This document shows, in pieces, positions 1-11,200 of a DNA stretch of 40,962 nucleotides; within the stretch, counting starts at the first letter, position 1, and each line of letters begins with the position of its first letter. The notes under the pieces were generated by a model. It made no database searches and was not told where the DNA came from. It was given only the letters and a program-made list of their open reading frames with translations. Source of the DNA: an uncultured Clostridia bacterium (GTDB lineage Bacteria > Bacillota > Clostridia > Oscillospirales > Oscillospiraceae); the NCBI GenBank assembly GCA_946411545.1, contig CAMKEK010000001.1:1-40962 (forward strand), in the 5' to 3' direction. A program made the position numbers and the translations under genes.

Positions 1-54
1 CCTCGATGAAGCGCACGCCGTGCAGCTCGCCGATCTCGCCGTTGAACAGCTCCT
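1..54. repeat. terminal direct repeat, copy 1 (identical to 40909..40962); circular-closure overlap
   Basis: 54/54 nt identity between window start and window end, read directly. Confidence 0.95.
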
Positions 55-805
55 CCGGAGCCGCGTACTTATGGGCCTCGATCCAGCCCTCGCTCTCCCG
101 CAGGTCGTGGGCGACGCTGGGGTGGATCACCGCGTAGTAGCGGCCGTTGATGCGGGGCACCAGGTTCTTCTTCAGGATGGTCACGGCCTTGTTGATCATG
201 GCCGGGGTCAGCTTGCTCATCACGGTGGCGCTGGCCTCCATGGTGGCGCAGCTGGTGGGCGTACCGGCCACCTCGCCGGTGGCCAGGGTGATGTTGTCGC
301 AGTACAGCACGTTGGTGCCGGCCAGCAGCGCGTCGCGGATCAGCTGCTCCTGGGTCTTGGCGGCGCTGGCGCCCATCTCCTCGGTGGCGCCCAGAATCAC
401 GTCGTCGTATGCCCGCAGCTCCAGCTTGTCGCTGATGGCGGTGTAGGTACCGTACTGGTCCACGGTGCCCATCAGATTGGTGACGCCGAACTTCTGGCCC
501 GTGGGGATGACGCCCTCGGTCAGCTTCTCGGCGTTCTCGAAGGTGTTCCACCTGCGCCACTCCACCTGGCCCTTGTGGTTCTTGGGCAGAGGCTGGGTCT
601 TGCCGAACTGGGCATAGAACAGCTCAGGACGGGCGTTCTCCAGCAGCGCCGTGTCATAGAAGGCCTTCAGCGTCGGGTTCAGGGTGTGGTTGTCGTCGAA
701 TGCGGTGGTCTGGCCGGTGTAGGCGTTGACATAGTTTCCCGTGGCGTTAACCACGTTGCCGGCCTCGGCAAAGAACTGCAGAGGCAGCCGAATCTTTTCA
801 ATCAT
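1..805 (-). CDS. major capsid protein, HK97-fold, N4-gp56-like family; 5' part (gene is split by the linearisation point and continues at 40613..40908)
   Basis: ATG at 805 preceded by GAAAGGAGAACACC. My translation is MIEKIRLPLQFFAEAGNVVN...GQVEWRRWNTFENAEKLTEGVIPTG...RYYAVIHPSVAHDLRESEGW...GELHGVRFIE, which runs in frame into the ORF at 40613..40924. It lies directly downstream of the scaffold gene. Confidence 0.85.
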   Translation of the reverse strand, partial: MIEKIRLPLQFFAEAGNVVNATGNYVNAYTGQTTAFDDNHTLNPTLKAFYDTALLENARPELFYAQFGKTQPLPKNHKGQVEWRRWNTFENAEKLTEGVIPTGQKFGVTNLMGTVDQYGTYTAISDKLELRAYDDVILGATEEMGASAAKTQEQLIRDALLAGTNVLYCDNITLATGEVAGTPTSCATMEASATVMSKLTPAMINKAVTILKKNLVPRINGRYYAVIHPSVAHDLRESEGWIEAHKYAAPEELFNGEIGELHGVRFIE

Positions 806-842
806 GGTGTTCTCCTTTCCCGCCCCCTCTCCGGGGGCACTC

Positions 843-1943
843 TCAAGTCGGATAAATCTTTTCCCCTCTGGCGGCGGCCTCCAGGATCCGCTTCTTCAGC
901 GCCTGGTATTCCTCCCGCGTCTGCCGCGGGCTCTGCAGCTGGGTCACACTGCCGCCCTGGGCCCTGCCCGTCTCATTGGGTCTAGCCTGGCCGGAGGCGA
1001 TGCTGGCCGCCACCCGCTCCTGGATGGCCCTGGCCATAGCCTCGTTCTCCGCCCGCCGGATCTCGTCCCGGTGCAGGGTATAATAGGCGTCCTTGACGCT
1101 CATGCCGATCTGTGGGCTGGTCCAGCGCCGGAAGGTCTCGTTCTGCAGCTCCCGCCGCAGGTCGAAGCCCGGGATGCTCTGCTGCAGCTCCGCTGCCTGC
1201 TGCACCAGCTTCTGGATATGGGCGCGGGTCTGGCGTTCCTCCAGATCCTGCTGCTCCCTGGCCTTCGTTTCCCTCTGGAAGCGCTCCAGCTCGTCCATCT
1301 TCCGGGCGGTGGCCACGTCGGTGCCCAGCTCCTCCGCCCGCTTTTCATACAGCGCGTCATCCTCCTGGATGGCCTTGCCCAGCGCCTCATAGTTGAGGCT
1401 GCCGTCAGCATTGGCCTCCACGCCGTAGTTGCGGCTCAGCACGGACAGCGGGCCCTTCAGTCCGTCCAGGATCCCGCTCACCTTTTTCAGACTCGCGTCC
1501 TGCTCGGCAAGCCGTCCCCGGACGATCTCCTGCATTTCCTGGTTCAGGGCCGGGTTCTGGGCCAGCAGCTCCCGCAGGCTCTGGGTTTTGCCGCCCTCCT
1601 GCGCCGCATCTGTCCCGCTCCCCTGCGCCTTGCCTTCCCCTGCAGGGGCCGGTGCCTTCAGCTGCCCGCCGGCGGGCGTGGTGTCCTTCCCGCGCATCCG
1701 CTGCCGGTATTTCTCGGCCTTGTCCGCCGGCACGCCCAGGCTCTCCAGGCTCTGCCCTGCGTCCTCGGCGGCCTTGCCTTCCCCTTGTGCGTTTGAGGTG
1801 TTCCCCACCCCAGCGGGCGCGCTGTCTTCCGCGCTCTGTTTCCCTGCTCCTTCGCCGCCTGCTGCCGCGCCCTCGCCTCCGCCGGAAGCTGCGCCTTCTC
1901 CCGCGAAGAACTGGATCGGCAGCCACATCTTTACCTTGCTCAT
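843..1943 (-). CDS. head scaffolding protein (coiled-coil, Gly/Ala-rich N-terminal part) with L27-like LPIQFFA N-terminal motif
   Basis: AAGGAG 7 nt upstream of the ATG; MSKVKMWLPIQFFAGEG...; long charged helical segments; position immediately upstream of the capsid gene. Confidence 0.7.
   Translation of the reverse strand: MSKVKMWLPIQFFAGEGAASGGGEGAAAGGEGAGKQSAEDSAPAGVGNTSNAQGEGKAAEDAGQSLESLGVPADKAEKYRQRMRGKDTTPAGGQLKAPAPAGEGKAQGSGTDAAQEGGKTQSLRELLAQNPALNQEMQEIVRGRLAEQDASLKKVSGILDGLKGPLSVLSRNYGVEANADGSLNYEALGKAIQEDDALYEKRAEELGTDVATARKMDELERFQRETKAREQQDLEERQTRAHIQKLVQQAAELQQSIPGFDLRRELQNETFRRWTSPQIGMSVKDAYYTLHRDEIRRAENEAMARAIQERVAASIASGQARPNETGRAQGGSVTQLQSPRQTREEYQALKKRILEAAARGEKIYPT
1642..1668 (-). 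repeat. degenerate family-1 hairpin element inside the scaffold gene
   Basis: GCAGGGGCCGGTGCCTTCAGCTGCCCG; same outline as the GTAGGGGCC elements but the stem has 2 mismatches; translates as APAPAGEG. Confidence 0.35.
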
Positions 1944-2018
1944 AAAATCTCCTTTTGTGACGTCCCTGTTTTGGCCGTTTGCAACCGGCCGGGCGGGCGA
2001 ACTCCCGTTTCACGCCTC

Positions 2019-2055
2019 CAGTTTACCGTCTCCGTGTCCCGTTTCTCTAGGCCGC
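2019..2055 (-). promoter_or_regulatory. 37-nt conserved box, copy 1 (identical to 17969..18005), upstream of scaffold/capsid genes; candidate late promoter or regulator target
   Basis: cagtttaccgtctccgtgtcccgtttctctaggccgc is 37/37 identical to the copy upstream of terS. In the minus sense it directly follows a terminator and T-run. Confidence 0.6.
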
Positions 2056-2088
2056 AAAAAAGCGGACTGCGAAAAAATCGCAGCCCGC
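2056..2088 (-). terminator. intrinsic terminator (minus sense) after the giant gene region
   Basis: Minus strand AGCGGGCTGCGA-TTTTT-TCGCAGTCCGCT followed by T6. Confidence 0.65.
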
Positions 2089-2121
2089 TCTCGATTTGTG
2101 TTTCTCCCCCTTGGGATCTCC

Positions 2122-2145
2122 GTAGGGGCGGATATCATCCGCCCG
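2122..2145 (-). repeat. family-1 hairpin element, variant stem (GTAGGGGCGGATATCATCCGCCCG), intergenic
   Basis: Same GTAGGGGC head; perfect stem GGGCGGAT/ATCCGCCC. Confidence 0.8.
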
Positions 2146-2159
2146 CCTTCGTCTAAACC

Positions 2160-2186
2160 GTAGGGGCCGACGCCCTCGGCGGCCCG
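2160..2186 (-). repeat. family-1 hairpin element, subtype A, intergenic
   Basis: GTAGGGGCCGACGCCCTCGGCGGCCCG; 27/27 identical to the copies at 7787 and 21817. Confidence 0.9.
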
Positions 2187-2202
2187 TCGTCTCCCCCGTC
2201 TC

Positions 2203-2233
2203 CTGAAAACTGAAATCTGAAATCTGAAAACTA
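2203..2233. repeat. heptad repeat (CTGAAAA/CTGAAAT x4) abutting the stop codon of the giant gene
   Basis: ctgaaaactgaaatctgaaatctgaaaacta; TGA at 2204, 2211, 2218 and 2225 covers all three plus-strand frames. Confidence 0.85.
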
Positions 2234-5200
2234 TTTCCGGTGCCACGGTGCCTTGCCGATGGTGCTCTGTGCATATCCCTTGGCGTAGTACAGCGCGTCC
2301 TTCTGGGCGTTGCTCAGCGGCATGGAGTCGATGAAGGCCAGCACCTTGTCCCGCTTGGATCCGTCGATGGTCTTCCCGTTTTCGTCCACGTCCGCCTTCA
2401 GGTCCTTGGTGCCCATGTAGCAGCTGTACCAGGTCTTCACGTCGATGCCCGCCGGCGCCGTCTCGTCCCGGTATTTCACATAGTTGCTCATCTGCGGGAA
2501 GGCCTCGGCATACTCCTCGTTGTCGTACAGGAACTCCCAGTAATCCACCTTGTTCCCGGCCGTCTCTTTGTCAAGTCCCCCATAGGTCACCAGCAGCTCC
2601 ACCGCCCGCTTCCGGTCGATGCCGCCCTCGTTCACCTCGGTCTTGATCTTGTCAAAGGCGATCCCGGTCACCACATAGCAGGTCCACTCCTGCACCGTCG
2701 CCCTGGCCTCGTCCTTGTCCATGGCGCAGTATTTCTCCAGCATTCCCGCGGCCTGCTCCTTGGAAAGCTTGGCCCCGCTCATGCCGTTGCCCTGATACTG
2801 GTCCTTGATGGCGCCGCGCACCTGGCTCCTGGCGTTCTTCTCGGTATAGCCCGCCGCCGTCAGCGCCTGCATGGCCTCCCGATAGGCAGCCTCGTCGTTG
2901 GCCAGGGCCGCCTCCTTCAGCTCCTTGTATGCCCCGCCGTTGCGCCACTCGAAGATCGTCCGGGACGCCTCCGCCTCCGTGTGGGCGATGCCCTTCTCCA
3001 GCAGCAGCTTCTTGGTCTGCTCCTCGTCCAGGAAGCCGTCCGCGAAGGCGTACTGCAGCTCCCGCTCCTCGCCCGCGTCATAGGTCTTGGCCTTCTGCCA
3101 CCCGGCCGCCGGCGCGATCAGGGTGTTGTACAGGCTGGTCACCTCCCGGGCCGCCGGTGCGATGCCGATGCCGGCGAACTGGTCCAGCATCTGCAGGGTC
3201 TTGAAGATCTTGCCCCACAGCGTCATGTTGCCGTACCAGGTGGCCTCGGTGGCCTTCTCCAGGCTGCCGTTGGCAAGCTTCACGGTCTCCTTCCAGATCC
3301 GGAACACCTCGTAAACCTTCTTCACGCTGCCCAGCACCATCAGATCCTTGTCCTCGCCCCGCAGCATGTTCACCACGTCTCCGATCACCGGCACCAGCTG
3401 TGTGGGATCCAGGTTGCCCCCGAAGTTCTTCCTGGCCGCCTCCCACCATTTCTGCAGGAAGCTCCTGTAGTCGTCGTCATCCCGGAAGGCGTCCGCGATG
3501 GCGGCGAACATGGCCGTGGCCGCGGCGGTGGCGGTGTAGACTGCGGCGGCCTTCGCCGCCTTGCGCCCGGCGGCGCGCAGGGCGTTCCGGTTCCCGCTGC
3601 GCTTGGCCAGGCTCGCCTCGCTGGCCACGTCCAGCAGCATGTTATAGGTCAGCGTTGGCTCCGCCTTGAACGCGGTAAACTCCGCCATCATCATGCTCTT
3701 GCTGCGCATGTTCTGGCTGCGGCAGATGGTGCCGTCCATCACCTGGGTGGAGAGGATCACCTCGTCAAAGCGCTCCGCCGTGGCCCGCATCAGCTCCTCG
3801 CCCCGCAGCTTGGTCTTCTCCCGCTGCTCGATCTCGCAGGCGTTCCACAGCGCGCCCCAGGTGGCCTGGTCGCCCCACTCGGCAAGCTTCGTGCCCTTGT
3901 CCGTCAGCCAGCTCCGCCGGTCCACGTCGTGCTTGATCTGCCGCCGGATGCCCGGGTTGATGTTGGTGTCGAAATAGCCCAGATCTTTCCACACTGCAAG
4001 CCCGGAATACTTCAGCGCCTTCTCCCGGCCGCCCTTCATGGCCGCGCCTCTGGCCAGATACTGCGCGTCGATCACCATGGACGCCCGCATGATGGAGGTG
4101 GGCTGCTGCAGCGCCACCCGCAGGTTGAAGCTGATGGCCGCCACCTTGGCCCGGCTCATCAGGTCCTTCAGGGTCTCCTCGCCCCGGCCGCCCTCGTTGT
4201 TGCCGTTCAGGTCCTGCAGGAAGGTGATGAAGTAGCTGCCCGCCTCCTTGCCGTAAACCCGCTCCAGCGTCTTCTGCACGCTCTCGGTGGTATACTGGCC
4301 GTCCTCGCTGCTCTCGCTGATATCCCGGTAGTTGTACCAGCGCATGGCGTCCACCAGCGGCAGGCCCAGGGCGTTGTACTTGGCCATGTCCGCCATGTGG
4401 TTTGCGAAGGTATCGAAGATGCTGTCCAGCACGATGGCGTTGTTGGCGTTTCTCACTGTGTTCTTGGTAAAGCCCATGGTCACCAGCCTGTACAGGTTCG
4501 CCCGGTCCGCGTCCGGGCTTCTGGCGTCCCGGCTTCGGCTGTCGGTCTTGATGGGGTAATAGTTCTCCTCCGTGAAGGAACGGATGCCCCACCGGGCCAT
4601 GGAGATCTCGTTGCCCCAGTCGCTGCCCTGGGTGTTCATGTACTTCTGCAGCGCGTCGGCCACTTCCTTCTGCCGCTCCGTCAGGCTGTCCACCATCTCG
4701 GCCACCGTCTCCAGATCCAGCAGATAGTTCTCGCTCTGCACCACCTCGCTGCGTCCCTGTCGGTAATTGGCCACCCGGATGCCGGCGCCCAGCAGGTGCC
4801 CCCGGGCCTGCTCCCTCTTCATCAGGCAGTAAAGGCCCATCAGCTGCGCCGTGGTCACCGTCACGGTCTCCGTCTCCCGGGTCTCGCCGCCGTCGTTTTC
4901 CTCCGCCGCGATGTCCTGCAGCCTCCGCCGCAGCTCAAAGCTGTGCACCTCCTTCTCCCAGGCCTGCACCTCCTGGCTGCTGTATGCCTTCTCCGCATAC
5001 TCGATCACCTGCTGCATGTTCATGGCCATCTTGCCCCAGCCCCGGCGCAGCTCCCGGAAGATCTGCTGTCCGCCGCTGCCGAAGCGCTTGAAGGCATAGA
5101 AGGGTGTGGCGTTGTCCCAGGCCAGGATCCGCCGCAGCTTGTCCCCTCTGGTGCTGCTTCTGCCCTGAACCTTCTCCAGGTCCCGGATGCTGCCGCTTGC

Positions 5201-8200
5201 GGCCTCTGCCACGCTCCTGCCGTTCTCGTCCGCCAGCAGGGTGTCCGCCTTGCGGATCGCCTCGCTGAAGGCCGTCAGGATCTCCTCCAGGCTCTGCAGC
5301 TGCTCCAGGTCCATCTGGTAGATGCTCCAGGCCTCGCCCTTCCTGGCCCGCTCCACAAAGGGCTGGATCATCTCGTCCATGAACGGCAGCAGGTCAAGCT
5401 GCACCCCGCTGGCAGGCAGCTCACCCCGCTCCTGCGCCAGCGCCGCCTTGGCCAGAATGTTCTGCAGCTCCTGCATCTGCTGGATGTACTGTTTCCGGTA
5501 CTTCTCCTGCGCCCTCGGGCTCAGCGCGTCGATGCTCAGAAGGAACTCGCTCAGCGCCTGTTTCCATACCTCCGGCACATGCTTCTTGCTGCTGTTCTCC
5601 TGCAGGATTTTGGCAAGCCGCTCCCGGGCCTTGGCCACCCGGACCCGCGCCCGGTACTCCTGCTCCCGCTGGACGGACCGCTGCCGCAGCTCATAGGCCT
5701 TTTCCCTGGCCAGCTGATTGCGCAGCCGCTTCTCCTCCCGCAGCCGCTCCTGCAGGTCGTCCCGCCGGGCCCGCTCCCACTTCATCTGGTCCTCCGCGTC
5801 GTTCAGCTGCTGCTGCCGCGCCCGGTCCTTTGCCGCGTACTTCTGCTCCAGTCTCTCCATGGCTCTCTGGTAGTTCCGGTCCGCCATGGTCTCCTTCACG
5901 CCAACCTCGCCGCTCAGCAGCCGGTCGATGATCTCGTTGCCCAGCTCCTCCGAAGCGTCCCGCAGCCGGTAGCCCTCAAACATCCGGAAGTCCTGGGGCT
6001 CCAGACTCTGCAGCACGCCCAGCACCTCATACAGCTGGTCGCTGGGTGCCATCGCGTCCTCCGGGAACAGTTCCTCCCCGAAGGTGCCCCGCAGATCCTG
6101 ATACAGCTGGTCCATGCTCATGCCGTCCCGGCTGAAAGACAGCGTGCCGAAGTTCCGCTTCCGGAAGTCGGCAAAGTCCGGGATGTCGCTGCCGAACTGC
6201 TCGGTGCCGATGCGGTGGTTCCTCAGATACTCCCGCAGATCCCGCCGCAGCTCCGCCCGCTCGTCCTCGGTATACCAGCTGTTCTCCAGAATGTGCCGGG
6301 CAAGCGTCACCGCCTGCCGCCTCAGCTCGTTGAAGAAGCCCACGCCGCCGCCCTGCTGGTTCTGCACCATGAAGTCGCCCAGCGCCTGCAGCTGCGCCGC
6401 GATCTCCGCCGCATCCGCCTGACTGTCCGTCTGCTTCAGCAGCGCCTTGGCCATCCGCCGCACGTCCTCCGGCAGCAGCGTCGCCTGCCCCGGCTCCGTC
6501 CGCCTGGCCTCCCGCCGGTAGTATTCCACATACTCCTGCAGCGCCTTGTTCTCCTCCCGCAGCGCACGCATGTTCCGGGCGGCCTGCTCCGGGTTTGCCT
6601 CCCGCCAGGCGGCAAGGGCTCTCTCCGCCGTCCGCTTCAGCGCCGGCGTCTGCTCCGCCTTCTTCAGCGCCTTCTCCGCCCGCTCGATCTGAGCCTCCAG
6701 CTTCTCAATCTCCCCCCGCAGCTTCTCGGCCTGCGCCTTTGCCTCCTCCGTGTAGGGGCCGACGCTCTCGGCGGCCGGCTCCCCGGTCTCGGCAGCCAGC
6801 CCATTCTCCAATTCCGAATTCTCCCGCTCCAGTGCCTCCAGCGCCGCTCTCCTGCGCTCCAGCTTCTCCTGGGCCCGCTCCATGCTCCGCACCTTCCGGG
6901 CGTACTCCTGCACGTCCAGGCCGGCTCTGGGCGTCTCAGCGGCCTCCATCAAAAGCTCCCGATCCGTCGGCGCCGCATCCCGCTCCTGATATAGCGTCCC
7001 GTCATCCCTCTCTGTGTAGGTAAACAGTTTGCTTTCGTCACTCTGACTGGTGTACAGCAATCCGCCCTCAGCTCGTGGAATGTTCTTGACAGCACTATAA
7101 AGCTGTGATACATTGTAACTGTCACCTGAAGGACTCCGGGTACTCCCGCTTGCGGGGTTGAAACCTTGTCCGAGGGTGACATTTTCTATATCACGAAAAG
7201 CGTAGGACCGCGCGCTTCCGTCAGCGTTCTGGACAATGGTTCCCACCATAGCGCGTATTTCTGTGACCTGCTCGCCGTCCCTGGTTGTAGTGTACTTATA
7301 GAGGTTATAAAGCCGATAGCCATATAGTGCTTTATACTTGTTGTCGGTATGAACCCGTTCCACATTCAGCAGGATGCTGTTTTTGAATATCTCCTTTAGA
7401 TGTGGAATTATATCCAGCGTTGCCTGGTAGTCAAAATCAGGGTCTGTATTCAACCGATTGGCAATGCTTTCCGATACGATGTCTTCGTTAAGATAAGCGG
7501 TTATATCAAGCTGTTGAATGTCCACCGTTGTTCTTTTCCCGTAAGCTTTTCGGAATGCTGCCCTCCCTGCTGCATAGAGACTTCTACGTCCACGCACCAC
7601 ACTTCTGGCGTGTACAGGCTCCAGGACAAGCGGCGTGATATCGTTCCGCATGGTCTGCTCAAAATTTGCAGAAAGCGGAAAATGGTCTCCCAGCCTCCGG
7701 CTCAGATCGTCCAAGCCTAATTTCGCATACCGTTCCCTGATTGGGTTATAAATCTCCCGCTCCTCCAGCTGCGTCTCGTCCCCTTCGTAGGGGCCGACGC
7801 CCTCGGCGGCCCGCTCATTGCCTTCCCCTTGAGGGGAAGGTGCCCGAAGGGCGGATGAGGTGTCCCCCGCCGCAGCGGAAGACGTGCTGCTCTCCGCATT
7901 CCGAACTCCGGACTCCGCATTGGCCCCGTTCCTGGCCGCCGCCACGAAGGCCCGATCCCAGATGTCCTGCAGCTCGTCCAGATATCCCTCCATGGCCTTG
8001 GCCTCTTCGTGGAATGCCTCCACGCCCTCGAAGGCGTCGGCGATCCGCGCCGCCCAGCGCCGCAGCCAGCGGCGGATGCTGTTGAACAGGCCCGGATTAT
8101 CCTGCGCCAGGCTCTCCGCCACCGTGGTCCGCCGCAGCATCATCTCGCAGCCGTCGCACACCACCTCGTCTATGGCCGCGTCATAGCTCAGCTTCCCCGT

Positions 8201-11200
8201 GGTGTCCCTGTCCAGCTTCGCCAGCACCAGCTCGCCCAGGCTCTTCCCCTGATACTCGCTCAGATGCGTCAGCAGAAAGTCCGTCAGCTCCCGGTACTGG
8301 GCTGCGCCCTGATCCTGGATGAAGTGGGTCAGCTCGTGGGCAGCCGTCCGGATGATGGCCACCTGGCTCAGACTCCGGCTGCTGTAGGCCCCGGCGTTCA
8401 CATCCAGGAAGATGCCCTCCCCGCTGCGATAGCCGCCGTTGGCCCCCTGGAACCGGCCCTTGCTGTCCTTGCGGCTCTGGTAGAAGTGTACGTTCACCCC
8501 GCTGATCTCCGCCAGCATGGTCACCGCCTTGATCTGCTTCTTCTGTCGCCGCGTCAGCTTCGACTGGTCCACCGCGTCATACCGCACGCCGTTCATCACA
8601 GCCCCGTCATAGCTCACCGTGCCCTTGGCTCTGGGCCCCCGCGTTCCTGTCGCCGCAGCGACAGATGAGGCTCCCGCCGCAGTGGTGCCCACTCCCACGG
8701 TAACGCCCGCCGCCTCCACCGAGGCGGCGTTTTTTTGCGCCGTCTGGGCAACTTCCGCCCCCGTCTGTACGGTCTCCCCCGTGTAGGGGCCGGCGCCCTC
8801 GACGATCCGCCCGCTCTCCGGCGCCGAATTCTGAATTCCGGCCTCCGCATTGGCCGCGCTCCGTCCCTGCTCCACCGCAAGGCGCAGCTGATCCTCCGTC
8901 AGGCTCTCCAGCAGGATCGGGCTCCGCTCTATGATCTGCTCCACCGTAAGGCTGGTGCGCTTGCCGTAAAGCTTTTCCGCCTGCTCCCAGGCCGCGGCAT
9001 AGGCCTCGATGTTCTGCCCGCTCTCATAGGCCGTAAAGGCCAGCGGCGCGCTCTCGCCCAGCCGCTCCCGCAGCGTGTTGCCAAGCTTCCGCACCGCCTC
9101 CGGCAGCCGCTCGTCCTCCGCGTCCAGCACCTGGGTGCCCGTCTCTGTGTGCACCTCCACGCTGCCGTCTGCCCGCATGACGCCGATGCTGCCCGCCTGG
9201 CCTTCCTCCAGCGTCACGCTCTCGTTCTTGTCCGCCGCCGTCACGTCCTCGGTTGCGGTGTCCTCCGTCTCCCCGGCTGTGGCATTGTCCGCCGTTCCGG
9301 TTCCCGCGTCGGTGACCATCCGGCTCTCCCCGGCATACAGACCGTCGCCCAGACGCACGGTGCCCATGTTCTCGGCCCAGGCGCTGCTGTGGGTTTCGTT
9401 CAGGATGTTGTCCGGGCTCATCTCCTCCAGCACCCGCCGGCCGTACTTGCTCTCGCCCAGGATGCGCTGCCCGTCAGGCCCCAGCAGCTTCCCGCTCTTG
9501 AAGTCCTCGACGGCCTTGTCCGCCGCCCGGTCGCTGGTGGCCTCCCGGATCCGGTTCCACATCTCCTGCGCCGCGTTGGTGATCAGCCTGGCCAGGTTCC
9601 CGGCATTCTCTCCCTCGCCAAGCTCCGTCAGCCGCTCCTCCACCGCCGCGTTCATGGTCTCCTGGTCCGCCTCGGTGATGGCCGCGTCCAGCTTTGCCGC
9701 GCCGAAGCCCCGCAGCGCCTTCCCGCTGTTCTGATACCCCTGCGCCATCTGATAGGCCGCGCTGTCCTCCGGCAGCATCGCCGCCTCGTTGAAAAGGGTC
9801 TCCGCCGTCTCGCTGTCCACGGTGCTCACGCCCTGGACCGCCTGCTGCCCGCCGGCGCCGAAGATGCCGCCCACGGCCTCGCTCACGAAGTCCCAGGCCA
9901 TGTCCTCCATGGTCTCCTTGGAAGCTTGCTGTTCCGCCTGCTCCGGGCTCATGGTCACGCTGTACTCCGTCACCTTCTGGTTGTATTCGCTCTGCCGTCC
10001 GTTGACCCACTCGTCCGCGGCAAAGCCCATGAAGGAGCTGAACAGGCCCTCCGCGCCCTCGAACATGCCCTGAATCCCCGTGTTCTTCAGGAACTCCCCG
10101 ATGTTCTTCGGCGCGCCGGTCTTCAGCAGGTGATCCAGCGGCAGATACTCGCTCCCGGTCTCCGCCGCCCAGCAGAAGGCGGCATACAGCAGCGCCTGGC
10201 CATAGTCGCCCGTCCGGGCCAGTGCCTCGTCATAGCCGCTCTCTGCCGCGCCGCCGCCCATCATGATGGCCGTCATCGCCGCGCCCAGCACATGGCCCCA
10301 GCCCAGGCTCTGCAGCGTGCTGTTGCCGATCTGGTAAAGGTCGCCCAGACCCCGGTCCTTGCCGAAGAAGCGGATGGTGCCCAGGTCGTTCAATGCCTCG
10401 GCGGATCCGCCCGCGATGGCGTTGGCCGCCTCAAAGCCGTTGGCGTAATCCCGCTCCGTGACGTAGCCCTTCTCCGCGTACTCCGCGGCGTCCAGCAGGA
10501 AGTATACCCCCGCGATGGGCATGCCCAGCACGCTTGCGATGCTGCCCGCAGCGCCGCCCCAGGCGCTGGTGTTGCCCCAGTCCTGATACTCCTGCAGCTC
10601 TGCGTTCTTCTTCTGGTGGGCAATGGAATTGTTCACACTGCGGGCAAAGGCAAAGGCCTTCTCCTTGGCGTCCTCTCCCTCCTGTCCGTACAGATAGCCG
10701 AAGATCTCCTGCTGCTCCTGGGTCCACTCCTCCGTCGGCCCGTTCTCGTCATAGTCCAGCCGGTTCCGTTCGTAGAAGCTGCTTGCGTCCTCTCTGTTCG
10801 CCGCCTCCGACCACGACTCCTCCATCCAGCCCTCAACCTTCTCCTGCCGGTCCATCAGATCCTGGCTGTAGGCGTTCATGCCCGCTGTGGCCGCCGCCGC
10901 AAACTCCGTGTCCTCCGGATCCGTCGCCCGCACATACAGGTCGCTGTACCGCTGGGCCCCGGAGAACTGCTCATACAGATACGCCCGGGTATAGTCCTCC
11001 TGGGCTGCCGCCGCCTCCTCACGCACCGGCGCCGCCGCAGCATCCCGGTTCTCCTGAGCCGCCTGATACTCCTGCCACTGCTCTGCCGTGATCAGGCCAA
11101 ACTCCTGCGCCTTCTCCCAGCCGTGCTCGGTCAGGCGGCCTTCCTCGTCCGTCAGCTCCGTATCGTCCCAGAACAGATCGGTCAGCGTATCGGCGATTGC

